Assembly (NCBI GenBank): GCA_000002975.1
Contig: AF165818.4
Coordinates: 90,001 to 122,000 of the forward strand
Source of the DNA: Guillardia theta nucleomorph
Lineage: Eukaryota > Protista > Cryptophyta
Length of the DNA stretch: 32,000 bases
Direction: 5' to 3'
Shown: positions 8,888 to 18,157 of the stretch, piece by piece
How positions within the stretch are numbered: the first letter of the stretch is position 1
Layout: each line of letters begins with the position of its first letter
Made by a program: the position numbers and the translations under genes
The notes under the pieces: generated by a model
Told to the model about the DNA's origin: nothing
The model's input: the letters and a program-made list of their open reading frames with translations, nothing else
The model's database searches: none

Positions 8888-10036
8888 TCAGAAATATCTC
8901 ATCAATGAAAATAAATTAACAAAAAATTGTTGAAATTCTTTTTTTTTAAAAATAAATTTTTTATTAAACTTTATAAGATAATCTATTTTGGTATTTATTA
9001 AAATTTTAATTTTTTTTTTAAAAATAAAAATACTAATTAATTTTTTAAGAATATCTAAATTGATTACTGTTAAAATTGAAAGTTCTTTAAAAGATATCCT
9101 GGAAAAATTTTCAAATAATTTAAATAAAAAATTAACTATAGATTTTGTAATTGTTTTTTTGAATATGAAGTGTGATATTATCTTCTTTTTTTTAAGACTT
9201 ATTGATTTAAATATTTCGAAACTAACAAAATTCTTAAATTTATTAAAAAAAACAATTGATTTCGAAACTAATAGATCAAAATTAAGATAAAAAAATCTTA
9301 GTTTAGTAATATTTTTGTCTGTAAAATTTTTAAGACTGCATATTGAAATGATATATTCGAAAAATTTAAATTTCAATCTTACATTATCATGTGATGAAAA
9401 CCCTTCTATCAGACAATCAGATGCATTTTTAAGTTTCCCCTTAACTATCATAATTTTTGATTTTAAAAGTAGAAAATGTACTTTTAAATTTTTTTGTAAC
9501 AAATCATTAGATAGTACTTTATTGATAGAACCTAATATTAAGTCATAATTTTTAACTGTATTCAAAAAGTTATTTGAACAAATTTTTTTACCAATAACAA
9601 TAGTTGCTATTATATTTTCAAAATCACAATTATTAAATTTATCAAAAAAATCATATATATACTGTAAAGTAAATCTTGGAAATATCATAATATTATGAAG
9701 AAAATTTGAACATAAAATGATTGAAAGCGACTTAAAATTTATAAATATTATCTCTAAAAAATAATTGAATTGATTAAAATTAGACATACATAAATTCCTT
9801 AAATAATCCAAAAAATCAAAAATTTGAAATTTAGAAAAATTTTCATCGTAATTTTTTTTAAAAAGAATAAATCTTGTAATTTCAAAAACTTCTAAAAACT
9901 TTTGTCTATGAATAAGAATTTTGATTATCTTTTTAATAATTCTTGACTTTGTAAAAAAATCTTTTTTTTTTGATTTTTTGTAAATATAAAACCGGAATTT
10001 TTCTTCGATGCTAATGTTATCATTCATTTTTAACAT
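8888..10036 (-). CDS. PCI-domain protein, most like 26S proteasome lid subunit Rpn6/PSMD11
   Basis: VHFLLLKSK is like VEVQLLESK and ASDCLIEGF is like AYSYFYEAF. The C-terminal FSRISFKELS...KKLISIFIFKKKI is like the Rpn6 PCI winged helix. CSN2 is not excluded. Confidence 0.6.
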   Translation of the reverse strand: MLKMNDNISIEEKFRFYIYKKSKKKDFFTKSRIIKKIIKILIHRQKFLEVFEITRFILFKKNYDENFSKFQIFDFLDYLRNLCMSNFNQFNYFLEIIFINFKSLSIILCSNFLHNIMIFPRFTLQYIYDFFDKFNNCDFENIIATIVIGKKICSNNFLNTVKNYDLILGSINKVLSNDLLQKNLKVHFLLLKSKIMIVKGKLKNASDCLIEGFSSHDNVRLKFKFFEYIISICSLKNFTDKNITKLRFFYLNFDLLVSKSIVFFNKFKNFVSFEIFKSISLKKKKIISHFIFKKTITKSIVNFLFKLFENFSRISFKELSILTVINLDILKKLISIFIFKKKIKILINTKIDYLIKFNKKFIFKKKEFQQFFVNLFSLMRYF

Positions 10037-10059
10037 TTATCTTTACAACTGTCTTATAA

Positions 10060-10654
10060 ATGGTAGAAATTCGAACCATGCTAAAACATCTTTTTGAAGT
10101 AAGTATATTTATAATCATTAAAAAATTCCAAAGCAATTTAGTATAATCTTAGTTATAAATCATATGAATCATATTCAAAAATAAATTTATTTAAAAATTT
10201 GAAATTAATAAAGAACTACAGTAATATTTTTATTGACAGTTACAACTCATACAAAATTAGTCCTGAAAATTTTCTATTTTGTAATGTTCTTTATGGCGAA
10301 AAAATTTCACTGTTTAAATATCTTAATCGTAGTCAAATTTTAGAAAAAGGAGACATTAATTTAATCCAAAAATCAACTTTACTGATTTTCACAAATAAAT
10401 CGCTATATTATCGTTGTATTAACTCGATTATTAATTATGTACTATTAATATCCGATACTCGAAATATGTTTGAACTAATCACATCACGTTTTATCGAAAA
10501 CTCCAAGACAGTTTTTGAATGTTATCGAGATCTGAATCCAAAGGATTCGAAATTTGAGCATGTTAAATTATTTAAAAAAATATTGTCACTAAGATTAGGA
10601 AAAGAAATTAGGGAAATAATAAGAAAATCAATAGAATCTCATGACATTGCGTAG
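10060..10654 (+). CDS. Intron-containing hypothetical protein, join(10060..10098,10142..10654), 183 aa
   Basis: The ATG exon MVEIRTMLKHLFE splices in frame, without stops, to the TTG-started ORF 10199..10654. An alternative ATG lies at 10078. Confidence 0.85.
10099..10141 (+). other. Spliceosomal intron (43 nt, phase 0)
   Basis: GTAAGTAT...AATTTAG, with the same donor and size class as the other two introns. Confidence 0.85.
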
Positions 10655-10710
10655 ATTTTTCTTTTAAAGACTTATTATTTTATAATATTTTTATAAATTC
10701 AATTCTAAAT

Positions 10711-12186
10711 ATGATCATACAAACGTATTTATTAATATCTGCCGTGCTCTACAAATTACTTAATTTTTCACTAATAATAATTAATTTATCCAACATGTAC
10801 TTAATTGGCATTGTTGATCCCATATTGAAATATTTAAAATCCTTTTTTAAAAAACACTTAACTACGGATATCAAAGGTGGAGGTGTATGCAGGAATAATT
10901 TTTACAACCAATCTACACTCAATGTAGGAATTGTGGGACATGTTGCTCATGGAAAATCAACTTTGGTCAAATCACTTACCGGTACAACCACAGTTAAATT
11001 CAAAAATGAATTAGAAAGAAATATTACAATTAAACTTGGATACGCTAATTGTAAAATATTTAAATGCATTAATGATCATTGTACTCCACCTAGCTGTTAC
11101 CAATCGCAAAACTTAGACCCATCTGCAATTAGCTATTGTTACAAATGTCATCGTAAATTAAAATTGATCAAACACATTAGTCTTGTAGATTGCCCTGGTC
11201 ATGAAATTCTGATGAATACAATGCTGAATGGCGCATCAGTTATGAATGCGGCAATTTTAGTGATAGCCGCTGATGAAGAATGCCCACAGCCTCAAACTTT
11301 TGAGCATCTTGCTGCATTAAATTTGTGTGAACTTTCTAATTTAATAATAATACAAAACAAAATAGATATTGTAAGTACTACTCAAGCTTTTAGAAACTAT
11401 TTTCAAATTCAAAAGCTTTGCGAATCAATCAAATTGAAAAATTTTAGTATAATTCCATTGTCAGCGCAAAAAAAAATTAATATGGATGTCTTATTACAAT
11501 TAATAGCTGAAAAATTTATAGAGTTTCCGAGAAGTTTTGGTTTGTCTCCATTAGTTTTTATCTTAAGATCTTTCGATGTAAATAAACCAGGTACCAATAT
11601 TAAAGATCTCAGAGGAGGAGTAGTAGGAGGTTCAATAGTAAAAGGAATGATTAAATTAAATCAGTTCTTCGAAATCAGACCCGGAATTTTTTTTAAGAGA
11701 AAAAACAAAATTCTTTGTAATTTTTTACACATTCAAATAAAAACTATTAATGTTGAAAATAGAAATCTACCTGAAGCAACGTGTGGAGGACTAATAGGAA
11801 TTGGAACGAATTTAGATCCTTCTCTAACTAAAGGAGACAAACTGTCTGGTCAAATGATGGGAAAAAGCGAATCCCTTCCGCCTATTGTTAGTAAAATTCT
11901 TATAAATTACCGTCTTTTAAAAAGGCTTTTATTTTTATCCAAAGATTCAATTAAGTCTGTAGGTATAAAGTTGGGTGAAATCATAATGATCACAGTAAAT
12001 AATTCAAGCACAAGCGGCAAAATTTATAGTAAAAAAAAGAATAATGTTTCAATCGAATTGATAAAACCAATTTGTTGTAATTTTTCTGATAAAGTTTGCA
12101 TAAGCAGAAGAATTAACAATCACTGGAGATTAGTTGGATGTGGGACAATTTCTAAACTTAATAACAATATGAATGTTTTTAACTAA
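10711..12186 (+). CDS. eif2G: Translation initiation factor eIF2 gamma
   Basis: GHVAHGKST, ELERNITIKLGYAN, DCPGH, QNKID, RSFDVNKPG, GGLIGIGT and RRINNHWRLVG. The start is uncertain (10711 or 10795). Confidence 0.96.
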   Translation: MIIQTYLLISAVLYKLLNFSLIIINLSNMYLIGIVDPILKYLKSFFKKHLTTDIKGGGVCRNNFYNQSTLNVGIVGHVAHGKSTLVKSLTGTTTVKFKNELERNITIKLGYANCKIFKCINDHCTPPSCYQSQNLDPSAISYCYKCHRKLKLIKHISLVDCPGHEILMNTMLNGASVMNAAILVIAADEECPQPQTFEHLAALNLCELSNLIIIQNKIDIVSTTQAFRNYFQIQKLCESIKLKNFSIIPLSAQKKINMDVLLQLIAEKFIEFPRSFGLSPLVFILRSFDVNKPGTNIKDLRGGVVGGSIVKGMIKLNQFFEIRPGIFFKRKNKILCNFLHIQIKTINVENRNLPEATCGGLIGIGTNLDPSLTKGDKLSGQMMGKSESLPPIVSKILINYRLLKRLLFLSKDSIKSVGIKLGEIIMITVNNSSTSGKIYSKKKNNVSIELIKPICCNFSDKVCISRRINNHWRLVGCGTISKLNNNMNVFN

Positions 12187-14176
12187 GGAATTTTTTACTA
12201 AAAATTAAAAACTTTTTATAAAAAAATTTCAGCCTAAATATCTGATTTTTCGAATTTTTATTATTCTGAAAGATTTTTAAAAATGAAGAAAATTTTTTCA
12301 AAGAAATTTCTTGCAAATATCTTTTTAATATTCTCAAGATATTCAATATAAATTCGACATTAAGATTGAAAAAATTTAAATTTCTTATTCCATTAGCCTT
12401 TTTATTTAAAATTTTAAAATATATACAAATAAAGTTTTTTAATATAGTAAATTTATTTGGAATAAATTTACATTTATTCAAGTGTGCTAATTGATTAGAA
12501 TAAAATTGAGTTTTAATATATTGAAGATTTGATATTTTATTAGGTTTTTTTAAAAAACAAATTATGTGGCATAATTTTTGATAGAAATCATTATTAGTTA
12601 CAGAAAATAAACTTATTTTCTTTGATTTAAAATAAAATTGTGTTAATTTGAAAATAAGAGTAAAAAAAGATTTTGTTTTTTTTTTTTTAATCAAATATAA
12701 ATATATTAATAGGCGAATATATATAACTTCATTATAATATACTTGTGATTTTTTGTCAATTTTAATCAAAATTATACTTAAAATTTTTAAATAATGTAAA
12801 AAGCAAACTTTATGATTTAGTAAGAGATTAGAATATTTTTTTTTTCTTGTAAAAACGAGTTTAATTAAAATAAATAAATTTTTGATTTCTTTGTAATAGA
12901 TTTTTTTACTACTAGCTGTTTGTTCATTTACATTTTGTGTAATTTTTGATATGATATTATTATTAGATATTATTTCAAAGAAAATATTTTTAATTTCTTT
13001 TGTAATTGAAAATAAAATTATTCTGGGGTTTATTAATAAAAATTTAATACAATAGACAAAACTATATGTCCTTAAATAAATAATTATGTTTCTAGACAAA
13101 ATTATAAATAATAAAAAGTTAAAATTTAGACAAATAGATAAATTTTCATTATTTATAAAAGATCTTGATTTTAAAACTAGTTTAAAATTGTAATATATGT
13201 CTGATAATAGATTACTAATTATATAGTTTTTCTTCTCGTTAATAAACATACCAATAAAATAAATATAATTTTTTTTTGATAACAACGTATTTAAAAGTTC
13301 TTTTGGTATAAATGTGTGAATCAATCTTAGAAATTTAAAAATTATTTTTAAAAATAAAAAAATGACTAGGTTTTGAACAAAATAAATTTTTATCTTAATT
13401 TTAAAATAGATTTTAAAGAAACTTAAAAAAAGATTTTGATTAAAAATATATATTTTAATACTTTTCCAAAAAAAAATTTTGATCTTATCTAAATCTACCC
13501 ATTCTCTATCGCTATTAAGAATCAATAAAAAAAAAAGTTTCTTCACAAATTTATTATTCAAATTATTTTTAACATTATTGTATTCAAAAATTTTAGAAAA
13601 ATTTCTTATTTTTAAAATATTTATAAATAATTTTTCTGCACAATTTATTTTTTCAAGAAATTTTTTATTATGTATTTTAAAATCATTACTTTTGCCAAAA
13701 GGTAATAAATTTAGGTAGCCGTTATAAATTAATCCATTTTGAGTTAAATTAGACTTAATCTCATCGAAAAAAATAAACAATGAATAAATAACCAATTTTT
13801 TGATTATAAAGAGGTGTTCTCCGTAAAAAAGTAAAGTTAAATATAAGAAATAATAGAAAAAATCACTTTCCGTAAAAAATATTTTCGAAAGTAGTGCTAT
13901 AAATCCTATAAAAATTTTTTCCACCAACAACATACTTGAATTATTTTTTTTCTGATTATAGTTTTTTTCTTTCAATAACAAAAGAAAATTAAAATTAAAA
14001 TAATTTTCTTTATTTTTAAAAAATATTATTTTATAATTTTTTTTATCACGCAAAAAAATTTGTTGCGATCTAAAGATATAATAGTTTATGGAACATAATA
14101 ATTCTATAAAATCAAAAAACAAATCATTTTTTTTTAATGAGATCTCTACGATCCGTGTAACTTTAGATTTAAGCAT
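12179..14176 (-). CDS. Hypothetical protein (665 aa ORFan)
   Basis: A long ATG-started open frame in DNA rich in stop codons. No family recognised. Confidence 0.75.
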   Translation of the reverse strand: MLKSKVTRIVEISLKKNDLFFDFIELLCSINYYIFRSQQIFLRDKKNYKIIFFKNKENYFNFNFLLLLKEKNYNQKKNNSSMLLVEKIFIGFIALLSKIFFTESDFFYYFLYLTLLFYGEHLFIIKKLVIYSLFIFFDEIKSNLTQNGLIYNGYLNLLPFGKSNDFKIHNKKFLEKINCAEKLFINILKIRNFSKIFEYNNVKNNLNNKFVKKLFFLLILNSDREWVDLDKIKIFFWKSIKIYIFNQNLFLSFFKIYFKIKIKIYFVQNLVIFLFLKIIFKFLRLIHTFIPKELLNTLLSKKNYIYFIGMFINEKKNYIISNLLSDIYYNFKLVLKSRSFINNENLSICLNFNFLLFIILSRNIIIYLRTYSFVYCIKFLLINPRIILFSITKEIKNIFFEIISNNNIISKITQNVNEQTASSKKIYYKEIKNLFILIKLVFTRKKKYSNLLLNHKVCFLHYLKILSIILIKIDKKSQVYYNEVIYIRLLIYLYLIKKKKTKSFFTLIFKLTQFYFKSKKISLFSVTNNDFYQKLCHIICFLKKPNKISNLQYIKTQFYSNQLAHLNKCKFIPNKFTILKNFICIYFKILNKKANGIRNLNFFNLNVEFILNILRILKRYLQEISLKKFSSFLKIFQNNKNSKNQIFRLKFFYKKFLIFSKKFLS

Positions 14177-14244
14177 ATTTATAATATATAGTTTAAAAAT
14201 AACTAAAAATTTAAAATCTAATTTAATACGTATTAACTAGAAAA

Positions 14245-14631
14245 TCAAATATTTAAACGAAAATAAAAACAAAATATTTTTGTAAAAATTTTTGTAAGAA
14301 TATTCATTTCGAAATATATGAAAAATTTAAACATAATCAATAAAAATTCAAAATTACATTTAAAAAAATTAGATATGAACTCTTTTCGTTGAAATTTTGA
14401 AATTAATTTTATATACTCAAGGAAGTTGTTGAAGATTCTAGTCTTTTCCAAAATGGAACAATTGTATGCTTTCATAATAATTAAACTTAATGAATTTTTT
14501 AACTTAATTTCAATATTCTTAATTTTATTGAATCTATAAAATATTCTGCGGAGAACTTTCGAATTTTGTATGATTTTGCTATCTAATTCTAATTTGTATT
14601 CATCGATACCAACATTTACTATTAACAACAT
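14245..14631 (-). CDS. Hypothetical protein, possible divergent Skp1/ElonginC-like
   Basis: 128 aa. LELDSKIIQNSKVLRRI resembles FEVDVEIAKQSVTIKTM, and NFFKCNFEFLLIMFKFFIYFEMNIL resembles [25 protein letters not shown]. Confidence 0.45.
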   Translation of the reverse strand: MLLIVNVGIDEYKLELDSKIIQNSKVLRRIFYRFNKIKNIEIKLKNSLSLIIMKAYNCSILEKTRIFNNFLEYIKLISKFQRKEFISNFFKCNFEFLLIMFKFFIYFEMNILTKIFTKIFCFYFRLNI

Positions 14632-14670
14632 CTTTTTATAGTTGCGGGTTCTTTATAAATTAAATAATAA

Positions 14671-14873
14671 ATGGTAAGTATGATTTAATTAGGAATTAAA
14701 TTAACATTCATAAATTTAAGGCTGCAATAAAATCGTTTAGGAAAAAAAAAATGTTAATAAAAAAAATTAATAAAAACCGCTCAATCCCTATGTGGATAAT
14801 TCAAAAAAATAAAACCAAAATAAAATTTAATTATAAAAAGAGAAACTGGCGTAAAAAAAAGTTAAAAATATGA
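14671..14873 (+). CDS. rpl39: 60S ribosomal protein L39 (eL39), join(14671..14673,14721..14873), 51 aa
   Basis: Spliced product MAAIKSFRKKKMLIKKINKNRSIPMWIIQKNKTKIKFNYKKRNWRKKKLKI has the eL39 length and the NRxxPxW and RNWR motifs. It is absent from the ORF track. Confidence 0.95.
14674..14720 (+). other. Spliceosomal intron in rpl39 (47 nt, directly after ATG)
   Basis: ATG|GTAAGTATG...TTAAC...TTTAAG|GCT, with an AAG acceptor. Confidence 0.9.
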
Positions 14874-15608
14874 TTTATTCTTAATAATTTTTTTTTTAAG
14901 AATTTTTTTGTTTAAAATGTTATATATATAATATTGTTTTGAACTCCAAATTTGTTTTAAAGATTTAATTTCAATGCAGTTAAAATTTTTATTATTATCT
15001 AGTTCTTGTACAATGTTATAAAAGTATTCGAAATTGAAAATCTTAATAGAATATACAGTATGGTTAAAAAAGAATCTATTTTTAAAATTTCTTAAACATA
15101 AAATTTCAATTATTTTTTTTTTTAATTTAAGATAAGTTTTTTTTTTTAAAAGAAAATTTGTCAACATTATGCTTCTTCGGAATAACACTAATAATTTGAA
15201 ATCAGTTAAAGGCACAAATATCATTAATGATAAGAGTAAATCTATAATTTTGTGAATAAAAATAAAATTTGTTAAAAAACGTGTGTCTACAATGCACTCT
15301 TTGGTATTCATCAGAATCTCTACAAAATCTAAATATAATGATTTGTGCAGAATTTGATTAAAGATTAAGATTAGATATTGATAATTTATGTTATTGTTAA
15401 AATCTTTTTCGTTTATTAAGAAGATCAAAAATAATAAATAAAAAAAAAATTGAGTAAATTTATAAAATATTATCGGAATGAATTTTTCTGGTTTATGCTT
15501 GGTTATTACAAGTGATCTCAAATTTTTCATTCTGAAAACTAATGAAATTAACTTAAAAACCAAATCAATTTTATTGATATTTCTTTCAAGGACTATTTTA
15601 TTAAACAT
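14862..15608 (-). CDS. Hypothetical protein (248 aa ORFan)
   Basis: ATG-started ORF that fills the gap. Its 3' end overlaps rpl39 by 12 nt. Confidence 0.7.
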   Translation of the reverse strand: MFNKIVLERNINKIDLVFKLISLVFRMKNLRSLVITKHKPEKFIPIIFYKFTQFFFYLLFLIFLINEKDFNNNINYQYLILIFNQILHKSLYLDFVEILMNTKECIVDTRFLTNFIFIHKIIDLLLSLMIFVPLTDFKLLVLFRRSIMLTNFLLKKKTYLKLKKKIIEILCLRNFKNRFFFNHTVYSIKIFNFEYFYNIVQELDNNKNFNCIEIKSLKQIWSSKQYYIYNILNKKILKKKIIKNKSYF

Positions 15609-15657
15609 TAATAAATTTAAAAAAATTATTACAGACTGTACTTTGGTTTATAAGTAA

Positions 15658-18141
15658 ATGACATTCGATAGTTTTGGTAATAGAGATGAAAATTTAAATG
15701 ATGCTAGTGTGAAAATAAATTCTAAAAATTTTAAAATGAAAGCATTTTTTAATAATAATAATTTAGTTCCAAAAGCCGTTTTATCTAAAAAGACATTCGT
15801 TAGAAAATTATTTACTAATTGCAAAAATATAAGGAATATTTCCATAGTTGGTAATTTACATCATGGAAAAACTAGTTTAATTAATTGTTTAATTAGAAAT
15901 GTTCATGGTTTAAATGACGATAATCTTTCATGCGATTTTTTAAACATTTTAAATTTAGAAAAACAAAAAAAAATATCTATAAATACAAAAATATATTCCC
16001 TATTATTATTCGGAAAAAAGAATTCTCAAGTCGTGACCATGATTGACTGTCCAGGTCATCTCGACTTTTATGATGAAGTATTAAGTTCAATAATATCTTC
16101 TGAATGTGCGATTCTAGTAATTGATTGTCATGATGGAATATTAATTGGGTCTGAAATTTATCTAAGAACATGTTTGTATTCAAAAACACCAATTGTTATT
16201 CTCCTGAATGGAATAGATAGACTTATATTTGAACTGAAAATGACTCCCGATGAAGTTCAAAAAAGAATATTACAAATATTAGATGAATTAAATTATTTGG
16301 CTTTACATAAAGTTATTAATAAATCAGTTCTTTCAAAAAAAAATATAAATTTTTTCAATCCATTGAATGATAATGTCTGTTTTTCGGCATTATCTCAAGG
16401 ATGGATATTTAACTTAAATCAATTTTCAGGTTTGTATATGATAAGCCAACCTTCTATTTGTTTATCTCAAAAAGATTTATCTGAAAGAATTTGGAATGAT
16501 AAAAAATTAAAAATTTCTAAAAAAAACAAAAAATCTTTATTTGAACTATATATTCTAGAGCCATTGTTCAAAATAGTAATTTTTTGTGGATTAGAATCAT
16601 TTGAAGAAGTAAAAAAATTTATAGAAGTAGATCTTGGTTTTTATGGATTCGAAAGCTTTGAATTTTTAAAATTTAAGGAAGATTTAGTTACATTTTGTTT
16701 ATCTCTATTTTTTAGTGGTTGTAAAAATTTTAAAATGTTTTCAACCCATTCGGCATTATTAGATAGTATTTTGATCAATTCAAATTCTTATTCAGTAATT
16801 TTTAAAAAAAAATATAAACATTTGAATTTGAATAAAAATGAAAAAATAGCAATATCATTTAAAACCAATTATATGTTCGTAGAAAAAAAAAACTCTATTT
16901 TAGCTAAATTAATAAATGGTAAATTTAGTATAAAATCCAGATTTGTGGTAATTACAGAAAAACATCGTTTTTACAATGATCAAAAAACTTTTAAAGTTAT
17001 TGATATTGATTTTTTTTTTTTACCATTGGGTAGATATTCTTTGGGTTTAAGTAAGTGTCCTAAAGGGCTGTTTGTCGTTTTTCATAATTCAAATATTCAT
17101 TTAAAAAAAAGCGGTTTGATTACTGGTCTTAATTCACATGATAATTATAAAATATATCTTTTTACATTTAGAAGCTATTTAAATTGTTTTAGTATTTCTA
17201 ACTCTTTTTTTTCAAATATCAAACCTGATCTGTTGAAAAATTTTGAGTATATGGTAAAATCTTTAAGAATTTTCAATCAAAAATATTATAGTTTGGTCAT
17301 AAACGTACAAAGATCCGGAAACATATTAATTAAAACTCCAGGGAAATTGTACCTTGAGTGTTTAATATATGATATCAATCAAAATCTTTCAAATGTTTGT
17401 TACGAAAGTATTAAAATCAACATTACTGAATATAATAGTATTTTACTAAAAAAAACTTTTCAAAAGTATATTTTTGATAAAAAAATTGAAATTTTCATCG
17501 CAAAATTAAGAAAATCTTACAGAAATGGAAGGTTAAAACAATTTAATTTTGAATTGAACCAAAGTAAAAATGATTTTCGTATGAAATCAGGATATATAAT
17601 TAATTCGATACAATCAAATACAAAAATAAAATTAAATATATGCAATCATATTTGGTATATAAACTCTATGAATCTTAAATACGAACCAGTTCTAATCTCT
17701 GGGAAATTGCTTAAAAAATCTATTTTAAGAAAAAATATTATAGATAGTTTTTCAGATGTTTTTTGTAATAATAATTTAAAAAAACCGATTATTGGTATTG
17801 AAGTTTTGATAAGTGAATTAAAGTATAAAAAATTTGATTATTCAAATAGTTATTTTTGTCATAAAATGTTTAATAATATTTTAAAAAAATTTACTAAAAA
17901 TAAAAAAAAAATAATAAAAAAAACATGTCTCTTTGAAGTATTAATTCACTTGGTGAATTTAGAAATTTTTTTTAATCTTATAAAAAAAAATGGGATAAAA
18001 ATATTTTACTTAAAAATGGATTATGAAAAACTAATTTACATTAGAGGAAAATGTGAATTAGATAAAATAAAATTTATTAAACAAGTTTGTGAAAAATTAT
18101 ACAATTCCTTCAATTTAATGAATTATTACACTGATGAATAG
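15658..18141 (+). CDS. snu114: U5 snRNP GTPase Snu114/EFTUD2
   Basis: IRNISIVGNLHHGKTSL, DCPGHLDFYDEV, IDRLIFELK, NPLNDNVCFS, GWIFNL and GKLYLECLIYDI. The C-terminal half is strongly eroded. Confidence 0.88.
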   Translation: MTFDSFGNRDENLNDASVKINSKNFKMKAFFNNNNLVPKAVLSKKTFVRKLFTNCKNIRNISIVGNLHHGKTSLINCLIRNVHGLNDDNLSCDFLNILNLEKQKKISINTKIYSLLLFGKKNSQVVTMIDCPGHLDFYDEVLSSIISSECAILVIDCHDGILIGSEIYLRTCLYSKTPIVILLNGIDRLIFELKMTPDEVQKRILQILDELNYLALHKVINKSVLSKKNINFFNPLNDNVCFSALSQGWIFNLNQFSGLYMISQPSICLSQKDLSERIWNDKKLKISKKNKKSLFELYILEPLFKIVIFCGLESFEEVKKFIEVDLGFYGFESFEFLKFKEDLVTFCLSLFFSGCKNFKMFSTHSALLDSILINSNSYSVIFKKKYKHLNLNKNEKIAISFKTNYMFVEKKNSILAKLINGKFSIKSRFVVITEKHRFYNDQKTFKVIDIDFFFLPLGRYSLGLSKCPKGLFVVFHNSNIHLKKSGLITGLNSHDNYKIYLFTFRSYLNCFSISNSFFSNIKPDLLKNFEYMVKSLRIFNQKYYSLVINVQRSGNILIKTPGKLYLECLIYDINQNLSNVCYESIKINITEYNSILLKKTFQKYIFDKKIEIFIAKLRKSYRNGRLKQFNFELNQSKNDFRMKSGYIINSIQSNTKIKLNICNHIWYINSMNLKYEPVLISGKLLKKSILRKNIIDSFSDVFCNNNLKKPIIGIEVLISELKYKKFDYSNSYFCHKMFNNILKKFTKNKKKIIKKTCLFEVLIHLVNLEIFFNLIKKNGIKIFYLKMDYEKLIYIRGKCELDKIKFIKQVCEKLYNSFNLMNYYTDE

Positions 18142-18157
18142 CTATTACATATTATAT

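Noticed and set aside
10797-10810. GTACTTAATTGGCA resembling the U1 snRNA 5' end
   Set aside because: It lacks ACTTAC complementarity to the GTAAGT donor, and no U1 stem-loops are evident.
17051-17056. GTAAGT inside snu114, and similar hits near 25531 and 30214
   Set aside because: They lie within uninterrupted frames, lack the GTAAGTAT extension, and no splicing is needed.
15658-18141. Elongation factor 2 as the identity of the GTPase
   Set aside because: The HHGKT P-loop and the DEV and IDRLI.ELK motifs are Snu114-type, whereas EF2 has DHGKS.
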